Shown piece after piece: positions 14,320-27,880 of a stretch of 64,000 bases of DNA. Position 1 is the first letter of the stretch. Each line of letters opens with the position of its first letter. Made by a program: the position numbers and the translations under genes. Origin of the DNA: Ruditapes philippinarum (taxonomy: Eukaryota); NCBI RefSeq assembly GCF_026571515.1, contig NW_026856866.1:124001-188000 (forward strand), read 5' to 3'. The notes under the pieces were generated by a model. The model saw only the letters and a program-made list of their open reading frames with translations. It did not search any database and had not been told where the DNA came from.

Positions 14320-17084
14320 CTAAAACAAAAAATAAAATATATCTGTAAGTTATCAATCAATATATTTCATGTTGTAAATGATAAATATAAAAAAACACAT
14401 TATTCAGGTTTTGACATAGAAATGAATTAATAAAAGTGCTAATTAGCTATTCAAATCCTAATAGTTATCTCGTGATGGTAGCCATGAAATATGCAAATAT
14501 TTGTTATATTTTTCTCTAAACATAAAATATTGATAACATAAAACACGAAAGAATGTCTGATATTGGCAGTTATTTTAATTTTACTTTTGTCTAATGTAAT
14601 TGTTTTGCATTTACATTCTACACATCAACTGTGAACGCTTAACAAATGTAATTGTATTTATTTATTTATTTGTCTTTAGGGTGTAATTTGTATTTGCACT
14701 TTTCAATTCGGAAAATTTTATTTTACGAATTTTCCCTTAGGTATTTTCGGTTAAATTGTGTTATTTATTTTCTAGTGTTTATAAAACCGACTCTCAATTT
14801 TGTGTTAGATGTGTGCAACAATTCAGTCATATTAATCATATGTATTTGCACTAAGAAACACGGTGTGAAAAACTTTTTGTGCTGTTATTTTTTGGTTTGT
14901 GTACTAGACATAAGAAAAAGAAATTTAATACACCGTTTCGTGTTACTGCAATTTTTCGTTAATATCTATCGGCGTTGGCGTACAATGACGTTTCTCTGGG
15001 GGTCTAAATAAAAATAGACTAGATAATATTTTAGTTAGAATGATACTTATTTAGCCATTTAGATATATATTAATATGGTAGGACTGGTCATTCATTTGTA
15101 TTTGATAAATGTTTTCTTTAAAAACCACTTTTATTTTGTCATTCTGGTTATTGTTAATTTTAAAAAGGTAGCAACAAGATTGGTGTAAATGTGTTTTTAT
15201 ATATGTACTTCACTATAATAATGCTTTTATCTAAAAATACAGAAATTTTTCACTTGCAGGAACTTTAAACTGTTAAAATGTTAAAATTTTATTATTACAA
15301 CTACAAGGTTTTATAACACGCAATAAAATTACATTACCCCTATGCATAAATAGAAATCTTCATATCTGTGTTTCAAATTTATTTTATCATGTTTAAAATT
15401 TGTGAACCTTTTCCTACACACAATATAACATTTTCACAAAATATATACGGGGTCTATCAAGTGAGTCTGTAAGGTTCTGTTAAGCTTAATATAACACATC
15501 CAGATAAATGTTCCAGAAAATTATTTCAAATTACCCGTGCAGTGTACTTTGCTCCAAATTGAGGCAAATTGCGGTTCTATTGGATTAATTGGGGTCTAAT
15601 TGGAACCAGGGGGTTTAGTATGTATCTGTTTTAAAAAGGCGGTATGTTTAGGAATAGAAAATTGTTGGAAAAGTTTCACTTTCTGTGTAAAAGACTAGAG
15701 AAAAAAATGTGTTTTAAGTGTATAATAGACATAAGAGCGCCTGTATACATAACTTTTAACTTCATAGTGCCTTCAAAATTCTCATGCGAATGTTAAACGG
15801 TCCAAGGTGCGGAAGATTGGTAATTTACACGGCGTGAAACCGTTGAGAAAAACCACTTGCTCATATGAATGTAAATATTTTCAAACATGAGATGTTTCTG
15901 CGCAATGATTTTAAATAAATAAAGTAAAATAGTTGTTCCTAAATAACCACCACAGTAAAACTGCTGTGACGTTTTCTAAACATTTTCATTTATTTAGAAA
16001 TCATATAAACTGTGCAATTATTGAAAAGAAAGTAATTTTAAAATCGTAATTTACAAATTAATGTTTTCACGGTGACACCGTACGGGAAAAAAAGAGAGGA
16101 AGAAAAAATAGGAATATTTATTCAAATAATAGGCGAGCTGTGCCGACCAATTTCTGCATTAAATCATGCGTAACGACAGAAAAATAATTTACAACGTTCT
16201 GACAGTGAGTGTAATTTTCTACGGCATGTGTTGTAAAAAAGAAGACATTACTTTAACAACTCTTCAGAAATAGAGAGAGTTTTACTGCATGGAAACAATG
16301 CAGATCCGTAGCTAATTCAACTGTAAAGTCATACAATAAGCACAACTGTGGTTTTCTTCAATTCGAAACACATTTCAGGCTAGTTTATTTAGAACGTACT
16401 CTTACTTATATTAATTCTTTTGAAAGTATTTGCTTCAAATTACCAACCAAAAAAAATCTTACACAAAATGATTCATAACAATGGAAGTAAAAAAAATGAC
16501 TAACAAATATAAATGAACCTCTGATTAAAGCTAAAAAAATATTGCTGACCTATATGGCAAAATTGTATAATAGCATAACTCTTATTTTCTTGCTCTTTAA
16601 GCCCTACTTTGTAACATTGTTCTCTATCGTTAGTTTAAACACACATATTATTTAAGATATTAAGTGGTTTCGAACAATTACGTGCTGCATTCAAGTCTAA
16701 ATGAGCGACATGCAGGCTCCCTAAAACCACTTAGTGTTCATGAGCTCTAAATATTGTCATCGGTTTACATAAGTGGCAAACTAGAAAAAAAATGTCATAG
16801 TATAATAATGAAATTTAATAAGCCTATCGTTTAAGTGGGTTAAAGCAGTCAACAATCTTGCCGAGGCTTCCGTTTTTAACTTCAAATACTTCTGTATAGA
16901 CAACAATGTCTTTGATTTAGATAAAGTGTATTGAGGTTTAAAAGAATCCCAAATTGAAGCTGTCATCATGAATTTAATATGATCAAGGCCGTAAAAAAAT
17001 TGTACATTATTATTATTTAATGGTTAAACTAATTTTAGAGATTCATTTCATATCATACTGGTTGACATGTAAGAAGGATTTGTT

Positions 17085-17175
17085 CATCATTATTTTGTAT
17101 TATTAGATTTATTATTATTATTGTTGTTAGCATTATCTTTATCATCGTCATCATTTTATTCATTATCATCATCAA
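17085..17175. repeat. Degenerate (ATT)n/(ATC)n microsatellite
   Basis: attattatt and atcatc runs. Confidence 0.7.
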
Positions 17176-17419
17176 TCAAGGAATCATCGGCCTCATCAAT
17201 GGATACAAGTTCATAAAATTTATACAAAATTTCAAATTATTTTTTCACTCTAAATGTATTAATAACGATACAATAACAATAAGGGAAAATAAAAAAACCA
17301 GTAACAGATTTCTAAATTAAGTTATTTTGAAAAATATTAGTTTTATGTGAACGTTAAAATCATCTTAGAATAAAACTGATATATAAAACTAAAATATAAA
17401 GTGAGCACGTGAAACTTAC

Positions 17420-17645
17420 TGTGGGTGGCTCCGTAGCCTGCCATAGCTCGTGCAGAGTGTTGTGAGTAATAATTTGCGGCACGGTTCATGTGTGAGCTGT
17501 TACCATCAAAACCATGTTGTAATGAGAACATTTCACTAATGTCTTCTGAGGGAAAGCCGACTGGAGGCTCGTACCCGTTACTCATCCTGTTTGCCTCTGG
17601 TCTCAACCAGGCTGCGTGCTGTTGTTCTGCTGTTGCTATATCCAT
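17420..17645 (-). CDS. GATA123: GATA1/2/3 transcription factor, first coding exon (226 coding nt)
   Basis: ATG at 17645 in good context (gctATGG). Encodes MDIATAEQQHAAWL...PSEDISEMFS...NYYSQHSARA, resembling the GATA2/3 N-terminus. Donor GTAAGT at 17419-17414, phase 1; A+GT forms a Ser codon with the next exon. Confidence 0.93.
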
Positions 17646-17909
17646 AGCGTTTATTTTTTTTTATTACACACTAAATCTCAAATAAATTATTTTTTGAGAT
17701 ATATAAGTAATATGTTTTAAATATTGATCGGCATGTATGTCAACATTGAAGATAAAACTAGTGTTTAATATAGATATATAAATATATTAACACCATTCGT
17801 TTTGCACAAATTATTTCTGTGTTTTGTAAAATCCAACAATTTTTTGTCCTTTTTGCGTTCAGTCTGTTTTGCTGTTTGTTTTGATAATCCAGGAGATTCG
17901 GGTATATTT
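17646..17909 (-). other. Probable 5' UTR portion of the ATG-containing GATA exon
   Basis: Strong acceptor ttttctattttacAG at 17911-17910, 264 nt upstream of the ATG. Inferred without transcript data. Confidence 0.6.
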
Positions 17910-18216
17910 CTGTAAAATAGAAAATTATAAAACATATTTAGAATAAATTATTGTATAATTATTATACAAATATTTAAATTGTTCAAAATCTGTGAATGAA
18001 ATAACACTTAAGTAAAAATATCTATTTTAAAATCTAAAGTCTAAGTTGATACAAATTTACAACAACAAAGTAATATAAGATCTGATGCTAGATTTACATG
18101 CGATATGTATCAAATCTTTTTTCGAAATCGGCACGGTTAAATTTTTATCATCGCTGTCGCTTGCTCGTGATTAAACGGTGAAGATAAACCCTGTCCTGAT
18201 CGGAACCTTAACTTAC

Positions 18217-18600
18217 ACCGTGGCTTATCAACTCCTTGCTATCAACATTTCGTCTGTCACGTGATACATATGTAGAGAAATACTGCGATGAATTTCACTG
18301 GATAATCGGAAATCAAGGCATCACATCAAAAAATGAAACAATTCACAGCGCACATGTGTAAAAAGTCCAAGTCCAAATTCGCAAACTTTATTCTTGTCCT
18401 TGAAGTAAGTAAACTTGTACAAATATATAAGAAATCCAAATCGCAAAATTAGTTTCAAATCTTGAAATTTACAAAAGAGCTTATTCAAGTGCAAGAGATA
18501 TAGTATTTATGATGCTAAACACAAATGTATATTTGTTTCATTCGTGTATTTTGTAAACGCGATTTCTCTGGCGCCAGTTACAGAGCTAAACGACGCGACG
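18217..18600 (-). other. Putative non-coding first exon of the GATA gene (5' limit uncertain)
   Basis: Consensus donor GTAAGT at 18216-18211, about 300 nt upstream of the 17910 acceptor and just downstream of a CCAAT/GC-box region. Confidence 0.45.
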
Positions 18601-18850
18601 TGAAAATTATGGACCAATCATTGACTGTAAAGCTTTTGTTGATTTTGACATTAGAAGAGATAAAGATCAAACACGCCCCTCATCGAAATACTATCCCTAC
18701 TAGAATACAACATAACCGCCACTCATACAGAACATTTTAAAGAAAATATCATATACTGGCGATCTTATTGCTTCGCCATTGATCGCCATGATAAAAATAT
18801 CTCGCACCTGATTGGTCGGGAGGCGTGGCCAATATCCCTCCGCTGTCGAT
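18600..18850 (-). promoter_or_regulatory. Candidate GATA proximal promoter
   Basis: CCAAT at about 18614; oppositely oriented ATTGG (18811-18815) and CCAAT (18829-18833) flanking an Sp/KLF-like GGGAGGCGTGGC (18818-18829); WGATAA sites near 18658 and 18789; locally CpG-richer. Confidence 0.5.
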
Positions 18851-20029
18851 TGTTTAGCGGGATGTACATTTATCACAGTCATTCATTTGAAAATCTAGCG
18901 ACGACTTTACAATTCTTTTCTATACTGTATTTGCAAATGAAATGCTATTGGAAATGGAAGATCGACTTTTATGTCATTCAATTATTGTTAACAAAATCAC
19001 TAGGGCTGCTCGCATACAGAAAATGACTGCGATTTACAAATTGTCAAAGGGTTTCCCGTCCCGTTTAACAATAGATTCACAATAGGTGCTCGTCTTAGTT
19101 AGCCATCTCCTGCGGAATTATTGCGAAAAGATTAAGGTGATATTAAGAGGGATAATGTCTAATCATTTCTATCATTATTTGGAGGTGAAATACTATTTTA
19201 TATGATTTTCAATCTTGTATTTCTTCGACACACGCTCCTCTTTTCGTTGAGCCACTTCAACCAAGTTCTGATAGTGTATCTAAATTTTCAGATTTTATCA
19301 TAATTCTAAATTTTAATATAAAATGCAGCAAGAAAGCGCACGTGTTAATTCCGCAGATAAGGGAAAGATTACTTGATTAGATCTCACAATCTACTTTATA
19401 GTGAAACTAAAATCAACTACTTATATCTAAGAGTGTTAAGATAATATCAAAATAAAATTTCTTTGAATTTCGTTGAGGAATTAATATTGAAGATAAGAAA
19501 CTACATTAAACTAACTTTGGAAAGTTGTTTATATTAATTGAATTAGCTAAAAAATAAATTTCAGCATAAAAGCACCGCCATAATGGCTGAAAGCTAAATT
19601 CAATTTATATACTAAAACATTGCAAACTGATAAAGCATTAAGATAATAAATATATAAAAACAATGTTAAAAATAATAAAATAGTAATAGTTTGAAGAAAA
19701 TGCGCATACTATGTAAGGCGTTTGCATGTTTTTTTGTGGCTTAACGTGTATTTCCTTTTGTTTTATATCAGACCCCTCTCCCCCCCTAACCCCGGCACAC
19801 ACATCGTTATAATATTACAAAAAGTAATAATACTAAATCAATAACAAAAGTAGCCATCATTGTGATGCTTAGTAACTCTTTTATTAAATGCTTTAATGCA
19901 ATCGGGCGTTTGATATTTATATGTTTCATATAAAAGAAATAATACCAACTTTTTTTATTTGAAAGTATGACCATGTATAAATGTGCAGCATCATTTGTTT
20001 TCCATTACAATGAAATTGTTCCCCGTTGA

Positions 20030-20215
20030 GCTTGTTTCTTTTTGTTGCTATTTTGCTGATTTTTTTATGGTTCTGTTGTTGTTGTTTTTGTAGTTATTTT
20101 TGTTTTGTTGTTTTTTATTGTTTTTTTTTATTTTGTTGTTGTTGTTTTTTGTTGTTGTTTTTTTGTTTATGTTGTTTTTTGTCTGTTTTTTTTTTCTTCT
20201 TCGTTGTTGCCTTTT
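20030..20215. repeat. T/G-rich low-complexity tract (GTT/GTTTT)n
   Basis: Directly visible; source of ORFs 20026..20235 and 20048..20239. Confidence 0.9.
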
Positions 20216-21396
20216 TAGATTTGCCAATGAAGTAGTCATAGAACTTATCTACTGAAACATGTCTGGTTTTAGGTTTCAGTTTCAATTGAAAACAGTTCTA
20301 ATAAATTTTACAAATTATATATAATGTTCCATCTAACGGTGTTTGAGACAGTGTAAGGTAGGAACATAGTAAGTAGCCAGTTTTGTTTTCACTTTATTCA
20401 TAACTAAGAAATAGATCAAAGTATATTTATCAGAAAAGGGTCTTTTTTCATCCCTACACAACGAATTATTAATAAAGCCCGTTCAAAAGGCGAGTTAGTT
20501 TAAATCCACTTAACCTATTGGTGCCACGGTGAGATAATTGGTGGCAAATAATTTTTCTCATGAAGTCAGGGTAAACGTCGTAAATCATCACTTTTTTCAT
20601 AACACTTTCTTGTTAAAGATGCTAGGTTGCGCTAATCATCTAAATTAATAATTTTATGGGAAAGTTTTACAATTTGGCGTTTTTAATGGCGGTCTGGAGA
20701 AAGGACCAATGTACTATAGCTGAGATGTGGGAAAAAATCTTACTTATTCTGTATAATTCCTCTACGAGAAGAAAGCTTCTCTAGCGAAACTACGCTACGG
20801 GGCCTATCAGCGAATACTTGTATGAATTATGACTTGTTATTAAAGCATTGGTGACATTTTTGTTAAATAGCAGACAATCGTTAAATTTATGCGGTGCTGT
20901 TGAAATTTGCCAAGTAAAGAAAAGGCGGGAATTTTATCAGAAGTCGCACAGGAAAACTATACAATATGCTAAATTGTAGAAATAGAGTAATTGCTGGATT
21001 ATTCGGTGATACATCACATATCAATAAATATGGATGCGCTACAAATTCTGGTGTTCATGTTCTTAAATTTATGTCAATAATCGATAATAGTTTTCGGGTT
21101 ATTCTTACAAAATAAAACAATGAAAATAAAAAAAATAAATATTGCTGATTGCAGATTGCTGTTTTACATCATTCGAGCTATGCATGATAAAATAAAACCC
21201 GGATCTTGATGAATATATCCCGGTATGCCCTGAGTCCTAATATATATGAGTAGATATTCAAGCGTGAAACGGGCATTAGTAAAAAACATCTATAAAAAGT
21301 AATTACAGACGGTAACAAATACTAGAGATATCATACAAATATTTTTGTTGTTGCTGCTGTTGTTTTTGCTGTTATTGAATTACTATTATTATAATT

Positions 21397-21540
21397 NNNN
21401 NNNNNNNNNNNNNNNNNNNNNNNNNNNNNNNNNNNNNNNNNNNNNNNNNNNNNNNNNNNNNNNNNNNNNNNNNNNNNNNNNNNNNNNNNNNNNNNNNNNN
21501 NNNNNNNNNNNNNNNNNNNNNNNNNNNNNNNNNNNNNNNN
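21397..21540. other. Assembly gap (144 N)
   Basis: N run, preceded by a (GTT/ATT) microsatellite. Confidence 1.
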
Positions 21541-24500
21541 CCATATCAAAAATTAATCTGATAAATGGTTATTTTACTTTCTTCTCTTCGCTCATTCTAG
21601 AAAAAGATACAACAAATTTGATTATAAGCTGTTGTTAAAGTGCTAGGATAATGTGTTTGTTTATTTACTAATTTTAGAGTTTATGCCACGCCCATTATCT
21701 AATATGACGGTGTTAACCATTATCATATTTTCACAGTAGGGAGAGACTTTCACCAGGGTTTAGCCACTCGCACTCCAACCAGCACCTCCTTGGTTTATCT
21801 GTCAAAATTTCACGATTTTTCACTCCTTGTTTAACTACTTATTGTCATAGCTCGGTGTGTTCCGTAATAAAGATCATTCATGAGATTCACACTTACGGTG
21901 TTTCGATGTCGCGTGCCATCAAAATTATATCAAAGATTGCATGGAAACCACTCAGATCACTGTAAAGATGTGGAGGGGTATATCGCATTTGACTATATCT
22001 GATTTTAACAAATCTGATGAAATGTTAATGATACCTCTCTATAGAGTTTCATAAAATCACCAAGATAATGTCGGAATAGGACGCTGTTATCACCGTACCT
22101 GCGTATAAAAATTCAAATGTTTCGGGACCATGAAATACGTGATTGTCTGCGATTACGTATACTTATACGTTATAATTATTTATTTCCCCCATATATTTTT
22201 ACTGATAAGAGCCTATACACTAAAAATAACGGGAGAAAAAATGAGAAAAGTATAGAAATCAACTGTTTTCACGCAATAAAGTACAATATTTAACCAAGCC
22301 TTTCGAATATTAGTACGAAAATTTTGTGGTTGATTCATTTGAAAATCTTCTTTTTTTTTAATTTACACAGGAAATAAATCATACTGCACTAACATTTTAT
22401 ACGATAAAAATAATATAGACTGTAAAGTAAGTCTCTTATAAGTTATATTTTCGTTTACAGATTTCACCCTCTTTACGATGTAGAATATTCCAGATCCGAA
22501 TATTTTTTCATATATTTTTTCTTATTTTTTTTATTAATTTTTTTTTTATTTTTTTTTAAATATACATTTATATGTTATATTTCAATATAGATGATTTGGA
22601 AATAAGCACGCATGTTTAAAAGAAAAGCTTTAATCGCACGGGTTATTATGTCCCATCAGGGTAGGTCTACGGCCTGACTGCATATATAACATTTTACATG
22701 CTATTTCATTCACATATTATTTCTATCCTATTCTTAAAGTCCAATTTTCGAATGCCTCTACCAAAAGGTTTTTGTATAGGCAGTTGGTGCTTATCTTGCT
22801 TGATTTCCGGATACTGCTGAGCTCTAATTTACAGCAGGTTTCATGATATTGTTATTTATCTTGATAAAATACAAAATCGTGATCAAATCTACAACTATCA
22901 GTTTTATTCACCAACAACAAGGTTAAACTACCAAAAGCCGAATATGTGTATATTGTTAAATTACCACAATCATATGTACACGACAAGCGATACCATCAAA
23001 TCAAGATTTTCTTTCTTATTTACATTTTGTGTAAGTAAACATTTATTTTATCTCCTTGATTCGAACCAGGATCTTTGTAATGCGGGGATAAAACAAAACA
23101 TGACGTAAATCTTTGTTATAATAACGGTTTTCGCTGAACTCCAGAATGATTTTTAGAGTGCAGATGCAAATATATATTTGCACTTTAAAAAATCAACAGG
23201 ACAATACTTCTAGATAAATGCGCGATTGGCATTATTAAATACTTTCTAGTAACTATAAGATTGTTTTGATATTTCAGATAACAACATTAACCTATTTCAA
23301 AGGTTGTTTTGCCTTATAAGAAAATGCACCCGTGAGGTTTGTGAACAATTTATTCAGTTTTTTTTTTCGCGCATCAAAAATAAGAGAGATATCAGATTAT
23401 AAGATAGTCAAAGGAACCGCGAATAGTTTCCATCGATCTAGTCGTGTTAATGCCCAGATAAGGGCGCCCCATTTATGAATATTCATGAGCTAGACTAGAG
23501 ATAAGGCCCGTCGTAAAAGCTTTTATATTTCTGTACTAGGAACTTTTCGCCGGAATCAATACTGTTTAGATGGACCTGTCACATTTAAACAAAACTGATA
23601 CAGCAGCGTTTCGCAGCTTAATTGAAATTTACACCGGAAATAGATGTTATATTAAGATAAATGTTTCTAGAATTTGAAGACCGTCCCGTGTTTAGTTTGA
23701 CTAAATATTTGTTCTAGTTATTTGATGTTTCTAAAGTAAAGTCATTACGACATTGTTTTATTTGTTACAGCAGCAGTACGGAAAACAATCGATACGAATT
23801 TAGTCATGAAAAACATGAACAAAATGTCTTATATTTTTTTGGTGAACGGTAAATCGATTGTAGCAAATTTTCCGGAGATTCTGTTTTATATCAATAGAAT
23901 GAGAAAACTAAATTATGCAAATTTTCCTAAACTGTAATTATCCTTAAACGAAATATCATGCGATGATCGCCGGGTTTGATTTGACGAAGTCTGTCAAAAT
24001 AATATCAAGTATTATTAATTACATTTCAATAACTCAATATTTTATATTTTAAAAAAGAATTAAAATCTAACAAATGCGGATATCAGATTGTATTTAATTA
24101 TTATAAAGTTACTTTTTTCTGAAAGTTACAAGCGGCCGTACGTGTTTGGACGGACGCTTCATGAGAATAACTTTATCGTGACAACCGAACGACTGCATGG
24201 CTGGAAGCCATGTTGGACAGATGGATATGTCATCAACGCCGTGTTAAAACATAAACCAGATTGCAACTCATGTTTGACAGGTACATACTGTACGGTATAG
24301 CTATTTGACAGCCAGAAATCTTATCTTAAACCAAATGTGTTAATTTCGATTTATACGAAAAATGACAGAATGTCATTATATAATGGCTACCCCCTTTAAT
24401 CAATTTGATTCCCTTAACTTTTCCACCAGAAACTGTCTCGTAAAAAACGGTGTATATTTTATTATGTAAATTCGTAATCCTGCGATTTCAATTAAATCCT

Positions 24501-27500
24501 GCACTGTGACACTGGCATTATATAAACAGATTCATATCAAAAAACTTGAAAACATATTAATGACTGTGTCCAGATATAGCGCTACTTTTTATTCGATTAC
24601 GCATTCTTGTTCCTATTTTTTTCGTACACGAAAATCAAGTTGCCACCACGAGACGTAACAAAAATAGAACTTCGGTTCATTTACTCTGGCAAACGGAACT
24701 ACATAGCTGAAATATTTAGAAAACATATTTCGAAGGGCAATAATTTAATTAAATACCAAAATAATTCCGAACATATGTCCGTCAATCAAACGGGTCTTGT
24801 AGTTGTCAACTTAAGATTTTTACGTGAAACGTTTTAATTGTGCATAGACGTGTCATTGTCACGTTGCAATTCTAACTTAAATATGTGCAGCAGTATAATC
24901 ATATTTTGATCTCTGATGGAATCTTTGATAACAATGCTTTCCCCTTTTTTTAAATATAAATGTTTTCATGTAATAATGACGTCAGATTCGTCACTTGGGG
25001 CTATGACATAGTTTCTAAGAAAAATATTTACATAATTTATTCTAATTGCATTCTTTCCCGCCTTTATATTATTTTATGTACACGTTTATTTATTACCTAT
25101 ATCAACAAAGCGGGGGGGGGGTAATATGACATGTTGTTTAATGTTTTTTATTATTAAAAAGAATTAATGAAATTACATCTCGGTGGGACATTTATATAAA
25201 TGTTGAAAAAAAATGTTAAATTCAGTAAACAAAATATAATCATTATTTTTTTCATTCATTTAATTAATAGCAACTTGAAATGGTTTATATGTAAACTCTT
25301 CCATTACAACAATTTCTTTTATGATTTTATGTTTACCGAAATTATTGAATAAGAAACTTTGATTTGATATTAAGTCCTATTTTTTGCAAATAAGAGAAAA
25401 TAATAAAATTATATATTTGGTATTTTGTTAGCTAACAATGAATTTTTTCATCTGATTTTTACTGGACAGAAAATATATAAACACATATATCTATTTTTCT
25501 GTATCAAAGAAATGTTAGGACGACATTGTGTTTTATGTTTATGAAAGCTTAGTTTGAACAGTCATGGTAAATCGTTTCCGTTTTCAGAATATATTCTACA
25601 GACAGGTCGTTGTTCTTAAAAGGAATGCCTTCGTTTTCTTGTTCAATCTCGTGAGAAAATCCCTTTCCTTTCTTTATACTGAAATAAAATCTTTATCTTT
25701 GCAACTCATTAACAGTGTAATCATAGCTTGTATCTCTTACATTTCCATGTAAATGTTCAGTTTTACTCAATTTTCCATGTAGATCATACCGCATTACATT
25801 TTGCTGCTGTTCCGAGTCATTCAGAAGCTTTGCATTCGGTTTCAGTTCATTTGGTACCCCTCGGTGTCAGCCGTTACACCTGCTTTTAATGCAAGAAACA
25901 GAGTCACTGCGGCGCTTGACCAAGATGGCGTCAAGGAGTCAACTATTTATTTTCATGTGAATATTACTTAAAAATGTTTGTCAGAAAACCTGCTGTTGTC
26001 AATCAACGTCTGTGAATGTTCCGTTTATTTTCGTCACGTGCAAAAAGCATTGGGACGTATCATAACGGTATGTGTCTGTCGGTGGTGGTGGTTTTAACAT
26101 GAGATTATGCATAACCGATTAACTGCATCAAATATTTGTTTAAGTTTTTTATGATTCTTGAAATAAGTATACATAAACGTTAATGAAACATCTTTCTGAA
26201 AACGATTTAGTTCAAATCATGTAGCTTTCAATTATTTCTTTTTTTACAAGAATTCTACATACGTGGTATTCAGACATTCCATTGAAAACAAATATAAAAA
26301 AAATAAGAAAAAAAGAAGAGAAATTACAAAATCCTTCATTCATATAATGGGCTATATACAAGTACCAAAGTTTTTACTTTTTTTACTTAGATAAAAATAT
26401 TAACTAATGATAATAGATTAAGTGGGTTGTCACGTTGTTTGTTTGTTTTGATTGATTGATTTTTATTTACTTGTTTCCAGCATTAACAACCACCACCACC
26501 CATGTCACCTTCCATGTTTGCATCACAGACTACCCCCCCCCACACCCCCCAAAACGGGGAGTAAAAAATGTTCGAGAATTCATTTCGAGAAAATATCAAG
26601 AATAATGGATAACAGTTTGATGTATCAACATTTTCCTCTTGCAAAATAGGATTGCTCGTTATTCATCGTTTTATTGAGAAACGAAGGCCGTAACATATTT
26701 GCTTCAGTTTTGATGGATAGGCACAATTAACATTTATATTGATGGTTATCAACCCAGTCCACAATATTATTTCTTTAACTTCTCAAAATCATATCTCACT
26801 CGACCCCGCTCTGCTCTGTTTACAATATAATTTGAACAATTCAACAAAGCTACTGTATGTCTGATAAAGATCTAATATCATTTTCAAAAATGGGAAACTG
26901 TCCTGAAACTGTTTACTTTGAAGAGAAATTGAATATTTATTACTGGTTTCCTAGGTGGAGTAGTATTACGGGCGCAGTAATATTTACATAAATTAAACAC
27001 GTATCACGTGATTTGATTAAAGAACCCGCCCCATTTTTATATTTCCAACAGTCGTTATTAAAGCGGTGTGAGGATGAAATTGATACCGGTCATTAGCACT
27101 CAGCTCCCATTATAAATTGCTATAAAATGTTATTAACATAATGGGTCCATATTTTTCGCGGCTCTTAATGATATAGTAACAGGGAGCCTGAAACCGCCCA
27201 GTGTTCTCGTGAGGACAGCACGCCGTAATTGTCACTCTTAATAACCCGTATGTCCGTCAGAATGCCAATAAAAAGAGACGCTTAAACACTGTTGCTTTTA
27301 GAATTGATGTGAAATTCAAATACTTTTAAAATCAGAAATAAAACTTTATGCTGTAAAAATGCTGAAGTGCAAACATTATATGAACTGTAATGCATATTGA
27401 ACCATTGGAGTATTTTCATGAAAACAGACACCCTTTTGCATGTTTTGTTTACCCTATGTATTACGGTTGAAGTGACCTTCGACCAAATCCATTTAAACAA

Positions 27501-27710
27501 ACAAACAAAAATCAAACAAACAACAACAAAAAACATTTCTATAGTTTAAACAATATGTTAATTTGGAGTATCCTTCAGGACCTCTATTGAGGTCCAAAAG
27601 CTTAAGAATATAAAATTTGAATTCGTGACAAAGATCATGTGGGAGACTTAATACGGGAAGAAATGCAAAAGAAAATAAAGAAATGTTCTATTACTCGGAC
27701 TTAAAACTCG

Positions 27711-27880
27711 TTTTTTGTGCGATTCTTAGCACAATTTGAGCAAAAAGCATTGAAATGATCTATATTTTTGGGGATTTCACATTTTAAATAACTGAGTGAG
27801 CGAATAGAAGATAATGTCAAAAACATATTTCCAGTCCCGTTAATTAAAAAAAAAGTGAATGGAGTTCTTCTTATGTAGAG
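27711..27880 (+). repeat. Dispersed repeat family B, internally deleted copy
   Basis: Shares ttttttgtgcgattcttagc, then tttgag..aaaagc.ttg and ttccagt.ccgt, in the same order as 44435-44740. Confidence 0.6.

Noticed and set aside
14320-14356. N-terminal part of ORF 13811..14356 (MITYRYILFFVL)
   Set aside because: It is the intron polypyrimidine tract read through; the exon starts at 14319.
17343-17419. C-terminal tail of ORF 17343..17645
   Set aside because: Read-through past the GTAAGT donor into the intron.
20026-20239. Phe/Cys-rich and Lys/Asn-rich ORFs
   Set aside because: Low-complexity T/G tract.
23055-23080. B-box-like GGTTCGAATC on the minus strand as a tRNA gene
   Set aside because: No A-box or cloverleaf; at most a SINE remnant.
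25600-25940. YY1 motif CAAGATGGCG plus purine-rich minus-strand frames as a LINE 5' end/ORF1
   Set aside because: Frames are broken and no recognisable ORF1 or RT motif is present.
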